From Diplonema japonicum (lineage: Eukaryota; Protista; Euglenozoa: Diplonemea): 64,000 bases of DNA. Location: contig OZ025652.1 of NCBI GenBank assembly GCA_964019335.1, positions 1 to 64,000 of the forward strand. Direction: 5' to 3'. The notes under the pieces are model-generated. The model was not told the DNA's origin. It did no database searches and worked only from the letters and a program-made list of their open reading frames with translations. Positions 44,765 to 53,140 of this stretch are shown piece after piece; the first letter of the stretch is position 1, and each line of letters begins with the position of its first letter. The position numbers and the translations under genes were made by a program.

Positions 44765-44842
44765 TTCTTAGGAGCAACTCCTTAAGAAGGGGTCTTGCTG
44801 CTGTCCCCCTTTTCTTTACTGTTACTTTTTTTTTTCTCCTTC

Positions 44843-44975
44843 CTGTGGTGCGAGTAGCGGGTGAAAATCAAGTGAGAGGATACTAAAAAGAAAAAAGAGA
44901 GTACTACAAAAAAGAAGCGAAAGAGGAACAAGGAAGAGCCTAGCAAAGGGGAACAAGAACTAGAGAAAGGACGTG
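44843..44975 (-). promoter_or_regulatory. Polypyrimidine tract + CAG: probable trans-splice acceptor for the giant gene
   Basis: The minus strand shows ~90 nt of almost pure C/T (about 44881-44975) followed by CACCACAG| at 44843, 78 nt upstream of the ATG. Other AGs nearby could be used instead. Confidence 0.5.
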
Positions 44976-45413
44976 CAGCAAGACAATGAATTACAGCGAG
45001 TCAACTGTTCAGACCGGTCCACTGAAGTCAATGCTTCCTGTGGGGTGTAGGGTCCCAGTGTCACACCACGCCCGTATGTTTTGCAGACCGCCCTCTCTAC
45101 CGACTCTGTATGCACCCTCCATGCAGGCTCCTTGCAGGCAAATCACGAATCGCACGTTTGCGTGTAAACACCATAGCACGGTGGCTATGCCGTACACAAA
45201 ACTTGTGGTTCCTACGGGGGGGGGGGGGGGGGGGGGGAATGTGTAAAAAGTCGAATTCAGTGTGCAGAAGGGTGCCACTGTCATAAAGAATTCAGAAAGA
45301 ACACGAATGGAATGCATAGCGAGAACAAAAGATGGTCTTCTCCTCTCAATGCAATACAAACGAATGAGTAATAAACGTTAGCTGGAGGGATATTTGTTAT
45401 TCTTTTGAAGGAG

Positions 45414-46103
45414 CTACTTGCAGCCAGGAGGCTTCGTCCCTTCCCAGTCATTACAGACAGCTTCGAGGAGGTTGTCGCTGTTCTTTAGGACCTTCCCGTT
45501 CAAGGTAAAGTAGGGCACGTAATCCATGCCCTTCACCATGACGGTTGTTCGCGCAGCAACAGCCATGAGGGCCTTCCCGGTGGGCCCCGACTCGCAAGAG
45601 GCAATTGCTGTAGGGCTCAGGTTGTACTGCTTCGCACACTTCTCCATGTGCGCCTTCGACCCCGCACCGGGCTCGTGAGCCTCGAAGCAATCCACAAAGG
45701 GCATGTACTTCCAAGGGTTGTTGTTCGTCATGTTCTTCACGCACACCTCCACGAGGTTCCCGTAGCACTCCCCGCTCCCGTGCTGGCAGTTTATCGACCC
45801 TGTGAAGCAGTCCGATGGGATTGGCGGCGTTGCCTTCGGCCCGCACTTCCTCTTCCAGCACGTGTAGTCGTTCGACGGGTCTGCGCACTCCTTGATCTCC
45901 ACGAAAGCGTTCCCAAAAGGCACGTACTCGAAGTCCATTATCCCCTGGATGCCAGCTGCGGAGAGGGTCTGATTCACAGGACCCTTAACCGCCGCTTTGC
46001 ATCCGGGTCACAGAGACTCCCCGTAAAACATCACATCCACCTTCTGCTGCCCAGACACAGCTATGGCAAGCAGCAGCACAGAAGCAGCGGCGCGAGTGAG
46101 CAT
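45414..46103 (-). CDS. GILT (gamma-interferon-inducible lysosomal thiol reductase) family protein with in-frame TGA at the catalytic Cys; probable selenoprotein, 229 aa
   Basis: ATG at 46103 gives MLTRAAASVLLLAIAVSG (signal peptide) QQKVDVMFYGESL-TGA(46010-46008)-PGC, continuing in frame into ORF 45414-45977. That ORF carries FEYVPFGNA and the GILT signature CQHGSGECYGNLVEVC, plus YVPYFTLNG. Confidence 0.9.
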
Positions 46104-46409
46104 TGAGATTTTGTCTTTTAATCTGACTTGAAGTGAAGTGCACCATACAGAAGTGTAAATATAACGTTAGTGAAAAAAAAACAAAATGAGCTCCTGCATC
46201 GGAGCAACACGTAGCAACTAAGCATAGTGCCGAAGTAGTTAGGACTTTTGCTGTAAATGACGAACCCCTCGAGACGAAGGCACGTGTCATACAAGCGAAA
46301 ATAAGGCGACGGACGGAGAGTAAGACCTTGTGGTCTGCTCGTCCTTTCCTTTTTATCATCGAAAAAAAATATTGAGTGAATGTTAATATCTGTGGCGACG
46401 TATGACATC

Positions 46410-47408
46410 TTAGCAATCACAGTCAAAGCAGCCGCACTGCACGTCTATCCTGGTGTACCCATCGGAGGTGCACGTCTGCACCACCTTCTTCCCTGGCTTG
46501 GTGAGGTTCGCCTTGACGTTATTCTTCCAAGCACCAGATGGCTTGCAGCAGTCCATCATTCGTGTCAAGCAGTACGAGAGATCCCATGGCATTGACTGGC
46601 ACGACACATCTGTGTTTGGGAACCCAGGGAGGGACGGGCCGTCGTACCCAGCAGGGTCATCCGTGCGCTCCAGGTACGTAGTGTTCACCAAAGCAGGCGG
46701 GCATTTCACACGCTTCATGTTTCTAATAGTAGGGTTTGAAGGCTGTGCAGGCGGCTGAATGCGCACCTTCTTGTCAAAGCTGTACTGGCACAGGCTCACT
46801 AGATCGTCGCCAGCAGCTTGCATCGGACTGCTCTCAGTTGGGTATTTCGGGAGCGCGGCGCAGTCGGACCTAGAAGCAACACCCCCGTACATGTTGCCCC
46901 ACGAAGCTGTGCTACCGGGATACATCATGTTACCCCCACCGGCGCACTTGTTGTTTGCACCGAACCCACCATCGCCAACCTGCATGTCGAACTGGTTCCC
47001 TTGCACATCGCCTCCTGTGTTGATTGACTGCACAATGATATCGCGGTCCACTCCTTCAACTGTAAGTCGCAGGCACATTCCAAGGCCGCCCATTGGGTCA
47101 TTTGACCCGAAGCTCCCCACTCCCAAATATACGGAAATGCCCTCCGTTCTATTGAAGTCCCGCTCAGCTGCGCGCATGTATGTCGACCCGAAAGTCCAAT
47201 CCATGCAAGCAAACGCACTGTCCTGGCATAGGTATCCTGTCGTTGTCCCTTGATTCTTACAAAGAACCCCAGGTCTACTCCCTGCGTTGAAACACGATCC
47301 ACAGCTATCAGAACACTCCGAGTACTTGTCTGTAGCATACACAGAGCAGTTTCCCTTCTGGCCCTTCACAAGCATCGGTGACAAGGCCAGCAACAGAAGT
47401 GCTTTCAT
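46410..47408 (-). CDS. Secreted GH45 endoglucanase-like protein with circularly permuted motif order
   Basis: Signal peptide. GH45 core motifs IVQSINTGGDVQGNQFDMQVGDGGFG, WGNMYGGVASRSDCAALP and NPT...VKCPPALV..T..ERTDD are present. The motif that is N-terminal in canonical GH45 (TRYWDCCKPSCxW) occurs near the C-terminus as TRMMDCCKPSGAW. Confidence 0.88.
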   Translation of the reverse strand: MKALLLLALSPMLVKGQKGNCSVYATDKYSECSDSCGSCFNAGSRPGVLCKNQGTTTGYLCQDSAFACMDWTFGSTYMRAAERDFNRTEGISVYLGVGSFGSNDPMGGLGMCLRLTVEGVDRDIIVQSINTGGDVQGNQFDMQVGDGGFGANNKCAGGGNMMYPGSTASWGNMYGGVASRSDCAALPKYPTESSPMQAAGDDLVSLCQYSFDKKVRIQPPAQPSNPTIRNMKRVKCPPALVNTTYLERTDDPAGYDGPSLPGFPNTDVSCQSMPWDLSYCLTRMMDCCKPSGAWKNNVKANLTKPGKKVVQTCTSDGYTRIDVQCGCFDCDC

Positions 47409-47694
47409 TTTTATGCGATAAATACCTAAGTGGGGTGACTTCCATGGAAGTGGTCGTATAGCAGCAAGAAAAAATAATAACGCTCAAGTGTCCGAGGCAC
47501 CGAACCCCCTTGGCCTTAATCGAACATTTTTCTTATTAGTCGCCCAAAAGATAAAAAGAGAGGAAGCAGAAGAAGGTACAACAACTGGTGCATACGAGAC
47601 GACAACACCAAGAATGAAATATAAACAATTCCAGGAGGAAATACAATAAAAAAAAAACTGCCGGTTCTATTTGTCTATCGTCTCGCTTGTGGAC

Positions 47695-48924
47695 TCAGTT
47701 AAATACAATATTTGATGTATTTGTCTGTAACGATAAAAGTGAGAATTACAAACATACATTACCCGTCATCCGCTTGCCCTGGGTCTTCGCAGGCGCGGTG
47801 CGGTTCGGTTCGGGTGAGCGTGCTTTGGCAAGACGTGAAGAAGGGTTCTGGTTTTCGGCCTGTCGTGTTGTGCATATGTGCATGGCCCTGATCTCACATA
47901 CCATGACGTTCGGGTTCGCATAAGCAGCAGGAGATGCCCGCACAGGCCGCAGCCTTGGTTGCGCATCCGAAGGTCTGCTGTCATTAAATGTGATGCTGGA
48001 CTTATTTGACAGCCCAGCCACTTGGCTACCGCGTAATTTAACAGATTGCACAGTACCACCGACGTAAGGGGGCAACGTGTTCATCTCGGGGCTCATGCTG
48101 CGCCTGATACCTGACGGTGATGTAGACGTTGTCTTGATAATGTTTGGATTAGCCCTAGCTGCATCTCTATTCGCAAGACACTTCCTCGTCCCTAAGCTAG
48201 GCTTCTTCCTCGGCATGGGAACAACAAACCCTCCCTCCTCATCCTCTTCGCAGACGGAAGAGGTAACCGACTTCTTAAACCTGGTGCTTTCGGAGCGAGA
48301 ACGAGCCTTCGATGGTGACCGCATAGGAGAAGCCTGGCTGTGTCGCATCGGAGATTGCCGATAAGGAGAAGGGGTGGGATGGGGGCGAGGCACGGGTGCT
48401 TGCGGAGAGCATGATCTTACCGACACTGTAGAATAATCAAGGCCTTCTGCAGCCATTTCGTTTCTCTGCCTCCAAGACAGCTCAATCCTTGCCACGTCAA
48501 TGGGGTTTACCCCCATGCCGCAGTGGTGAATGAGCTGCTTCAGAGTGCTGCTACTCACCAAAACAAGATCGCGCTCGCTTAAATTGAACTTGCGGGCCGA
48601 AGAAACGAAATTCTTCCAAGCTATGATCTGCGCGTCGACCACCTGAGAACGCGACGACGAGCGAATAGGTGAGACGGCCCTCGGTTCTGGAACGTGATCT
48701 ACATGTACATAACTAACCGGGCTGACAGGAGAAGGGTACCCCATACGAGGGGAAGGCGCCCTCTCTGGCGTGCCTTGCAGTGTTGTACGATCCGCCCGTT
48801 CTTGCTCGAGCTGCTGGGTCAACTCGTCTATTCTGTATTGCAAGAGCTCGGACTTCTCCCGCTCCTCTGTTGCTTGTAATGCTGCCACTTCATACTTCCG
48901 CAGCAGACCCTCGTTGTTCTTCAT
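47695..48924 (-). CDS. Hypothetical protein: N-terminal coiled coil, Ser/Pro/Arg-rich disordered region
   Basis: Long open frame; likely ATG at 48924 after a CAG acceptor-like site. Predicted GTATGT...CAG micro-introns at 47860-47901 (42 nt, in frame) and 47725-47757 (33 nt) give the C-terminus TNTSNIVFN and TGA at 47697-47695. Confidence 0.65.
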
Positions 48925-49003
48925 GTTCCCGACCACGTTGGCACCTGAATGCTTCAAAGCAAGGAAAATAAAGGTTCATCTTGAAACAAACTCTAAATTA
49001 AAG

Positions 49004-52000
49004 TTAAGAGGACTCTTCTGAAACAGCCTCTGAACCCCATGCAGCTGAGTTGACGGAGCTCCTCGCAGAAGGCGAATCATCTCTCCTTTCCTTGTAAAGA
49101 GACGCTTGCGAGCTTCGGAGGCGGTCCTGCCAAACACCTTTAGAGTTTCCTGTCATTGACTTTGCTGTCAAAGCTTCGGTCCTGCTAACAGACATAGAGG
49201 TAGCTCGCTCTGCCATCAGCTGCGAGTTCAGATCACCCGCTTTAACCAATCGCCTGATGGTTCCCCAGCCCCCCTTTTCTTTGATGCGTCCAAGAGATAT
49301 AGGCGGCAATTCCTGAGTGGGATATGTTGATCAATACTCTTCGCTAATATACCTGCACCATCTTATCATCATGTTTAAGCTTCAACAAGTCTATCTCCTG
49401 CGTATTGGAAATGCTTATCCCGGCAAAGGAAGCAAGTGCCTCCGCCATGGTTTCGTCCTGAGCGCAGTGTTTGCAAGCGTGCATCATACCTCCTTGTTGA
49501 ACTCAGTGTCATCCAGTTTGTTGATAAACTGCAGAACACCTAACACATCAGATGACCCCTCAGTGGTGAAGATCGGCACGCAAAGCATCTATGGCGGCGG
49601 AGTGAATAATGGAAGAAACACTATATACCTGCGTTGTTTTGTATCCATTCTTTTTATCCCACTGCGGGTTGAAAAGGGGACAGTCATAGGCATCCTTTAT
49701 ATTGACTATCTGCCCGGTGACTGCTGTATTACCAGCGACACCCGTACCAAGAGGAAGCCTGATTATAGTCTCTGTTTGTGTGTGTGGATCGATGATGATC
49801 GTCCACATCTCTTGATTCTTGTTGTCCACAAGGAAAAGAGACGACCTGTCGCATCTCAACAGCTGTGACGCTCCTGTTTGTTGTGAAAGGGGAGGAAGTG
49901 TGCACACCTGACATGATGCAAGCAACCATAGTCTTCATGTCCATCGACACGTCAGAGGCCATCTCACGCGCAACACGAAGCAGTGTCTGTCGATAATCTC
50001 TATTTGAAATGGGCATACATGGGTCGCTTCTTGGTTCCTCTTCAGTGCTTCAAACATTTCCGCGTGTCCCAGATGGATGGCCGTTTGCTTTCCGAACAAA
50101 CTTAAGATCCTGGTGTCCCGCTCGTCGAAGGATCCGTGTGCTTTGTTGACAGCCTGCATCACCGCCACAACTCTTCCGTCAGTCCTTTTTACAGGGCATG
50201 CCAAAATGTTCCTCGTCCTGTATCCAGTTCGCTTGTCGACCTCCTTGTTGAATCTCTCATCGTCGTAGGCTTCGGGGATATTGACAATGGTGCCCTTCGT
50301 GGCACAGTACCTGAAATATTTGAAAGAAAGCAGTCGAAAAAAAGGCATACCCCGCAATACTACTTTTCTCATCCATGCTGATACTGATGTTCTGCGTGTC
50401 ACCATCTGGTATGAACAGCAGCTGGTGTTTGATTTGATCGACAGTGAAGATAGCTGCGCGGTCACATTGAATCAATGCCTTTACAGAGTTCTTAATGAAG
50501 CTGATAATGGTAAGTTTAGGTATAAACGCTGTGTGGCATACTGCTTTGCTGCAAAGACACTGCTTTCCTCACTCAGGTTAGTAATTGCAAGGCATATCTT
50601 CCTCATAGTCTCGGAGTCAAGATCTCTGTGGTCTGTGTGGTTGGGCTGCAAAGGCATACGCGAAGTCATCTTCGAACTCAAAATTGTCTGCCCCCATCAC
50701 CGCAATGTTGTTCATAAATTCTTCCTCTGGAGCCATAAAGGAGCTTCTCCTCCGCCGCTTTGGTCCATTAGCGGCAACTGGAAGTGTCTTGCTGCCCTCC
50801 AAATCTGCCCCGTCTGCTCGCTGCCCTTTCTTCAGCCTGAAGTAATCCAATATCCACATGCTGAACTGTTCCGCGTGTTCTGCATCTGTCAACACTTTGC
50901 AGTGTTCTTTTATAAACTTGAAACGCTCCTTTCCACCTCCTACGAAATCTGTCACTGCGATTTTATACTCTTTTTCTAGGTCCAAAACCTCGCCACCAAT
51001 AGTAATGTCTTGCACCTGAACGGTTGAACGTATGCTGTTGATGGTGTAGTTCAGCTGGCTTGATGGATGCGGGAAGCTAGGAGCCTCTTCCGGAAGCTCT
51101 CTCACACTCAGGTTCAACATCTCCTTCAACCAATAACCGCTCATCTCCACGACCTGCACCTTTGTCTCGTCTGGGAACCAATTGAACACATCACCGATGC
51201 TGATAGGGCCTTGTTCTTTCAATATCTTCCCGGATACAGCTGCTCCTCCGAGAACAGCGCAATCGGCCCCTGTTTCCATCTGCATTAAGTCTGCGAGGAA
51301 GTTGGTGAGAACACCTTCACTAAATCTGCACGTTTCTTCAGTACTGTCCAGAGGGACATTGGTCCTTCCTATCACCTTCCCCATCTTTTCAGTCATCTTT
51401 TCACCATACCGCTGCACCAATTTGTCTATCATCTTGTTCTCTGGCATCTCTGTTTCAATGGCGTGCGTCTTGCACGAGACAGTTGGTTGTTGTATTTCAT
51501 CGAGCCTTATTTGCACTTCGCTAAGCCATCGGAATTCTTCACCTGATTTCACAATGCGCCTGTCAAGATCTTTCTTATAACTGTGGTCGTGCCCCCCTAG
51601 AAGCAAGTCTATCGACGGGCACTTATCCGTCAGCTCTTTGTCCAGTGCCAAACGGTTGTGTGTCAAAGCTAGAACAATCTCAGCACCTCTCGCCTTAAGG
51701 CTCTTGGCCTCCCTCTCTCCTACTTCGTACATGTCGTGATACACGGCTTCGCCCTTCGCCAACCTTGGACAATGTGGGAGCCAATTTTCACACAGCCCCA
51801 CAATGCCCACCATGATCCCGTTCCACTCGAGCAACTTACTCCGTGTAACATCCCCCAGAGGTTGCCCGTCTTTCCCATCCATGTTCGTCATCAGCCATTC
51901 GGTATTACTCCCGGCAAAGATATACTCCCCTTGTGTGTAACCATGTATTATTCTCTCCAAATTACGGAGCCCAAAATCAAATTCATGGTTGCCAAAAACA

Positions 52001-53061
52001 CCGTAGTGGGTGTTGATAAAGTTCAGGGCGTCAACCATCTGCTTCCCCTTTGTGATAACGGACATCAAGGACGGGCCCACAAAGTCACCTGAGAAGAGAA
52101 CCAAAGGGTTTTTCGTACGCCTGAGTACATCCAGCTGGTGGTAGAAGCGTGTGATGCCACCGCATGGCTCCTCTGACTTGAATACGCTTAAATGGTACAC
52201 GTCATTAAAGTGCACTATGTCTAGCACACGGCCACCTGTAGGCCGTAGACTGCGTCTGACCTTACCCCTTTCACTCTGGAAAGCCTTGACCTGCTGCTGC
52301 AACACGCACAGCAATATCTCGTCCACCATGTCTTCATCAGAGGACTGCACCTCGTAAGTGTCATACGGAATCGACAGACGCCTCTTACCTGTGGTCAAAG
52401 CTGCTGCAGACTGAGTCGGATCGGACTTCGGGCGCTCAACTCGAAGGACTATGGTGCCAAATCTCCCCAGACATGCACTCATGATGCTGATGAGGGGGAT
52501 CTTTGTAAACGATTTGTTTTGTCTCATCTTGGGGCTTTGGATGAGGTGAAATAGAATCGCATCACTGGTGACTCTCAGTTGAGTAGGTTGTGCTTCTTTT
52601 TTACCAGGCAGCAAGATTCTGAGATCCTCGTCATACAACGCGACGCCTTGCCCTATTGAGAGTGTCGAGCTCACCCTCGCCATTGCAGTGGCAGTCGTAG
52701 TCCGTTGCAAAGAACTACCGCGCTGGCGCAACTCTGCTGGCACGGCTTGCTTTTGCAACCCCGGGCTCTCGTACCTTTTATCCGAAGCTGTTAGGCTTCC
52801 ATCGCTTACCCTTTGCTGGTGCCTTGGGCTTTTTGCAGAGACGGGCTTTGGAACATCCGTTTGAAAGCTAACAAAAGACTCCTTCGTAACCAAAGGCGGT
52901 ATTTCTAGTGCTTGCCTTTCAGGTTTCGGGCCACCAAGCATGAACAGTAGCTGGTGAAGCTCTTGCGGCGTATTCCATCTTCTGTGCTTGCTGTTCGCAG
53001 GTCTTGTACCTGGAGCGCTAGGATGTAATGGGCCATCTGGAGGTGTGGAGTCTAAAACCAT
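49004..53061 (-). CDS. Cytosolic 5'-nucleotidase-family metallophosphoesterase fused to two tandem PDE-type GAF domains
   Basis: Exon 1 (53061-50660) carries HFNDVY, FSGDF, FGNHEFD, LTH and GGHDH, then a 5'-nucleotidase C-terminal domain (EGVLTNFLAD, GPISIGDVFNWFP). Eight GT-AG introns (50626-50659, 50501-50541, 50311-50350, 49987-50018, 49874-49907, 49589-49628, 49458-49489, 49313-49352) restore one frame with two GAF domains (NKAHGSFDERD; NKLDDTEFNKED), ending TAA at 49004. Confidence 0.85.
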
Positions 53062-53140
53062 GATTCCATCATTCCTGTTGCGGTAGTATGTTTTCGACGC
53101 AAAAAGATATTTACTTTTCTTTTAAAATAAATTGCTCTAT

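Noticed and set aside
5949-44886. Hundreds of overlapping antisense and alternate-frame ORFs (up to 652 aa) within the giant gene
   Set aside because: Expected shadow ORFs: GC3-biased codon use and rarity of TTA/CTA/TCA remove stops from other frames. None shows independent domain motifs.
44990-45212. Possible snoRNA or small ORF between GILT and the giant gene (poly-C + AG, then a GC-balanced stretch ending in CTGA)
   Set aside because: C-box match is poor (GTGATTT), no recognisable rRNA guide, and the 25-codon ORF has no features.
46008-46010. Genome-wide TGA reassignment as the explanation for the GILT TGA
   Set aside because: The 12,986-codon Cys/Trp-rich ORF contains no in-frame TGA, and TGA serves as the apparent stop of other genes here (54925, 59016, 60494).
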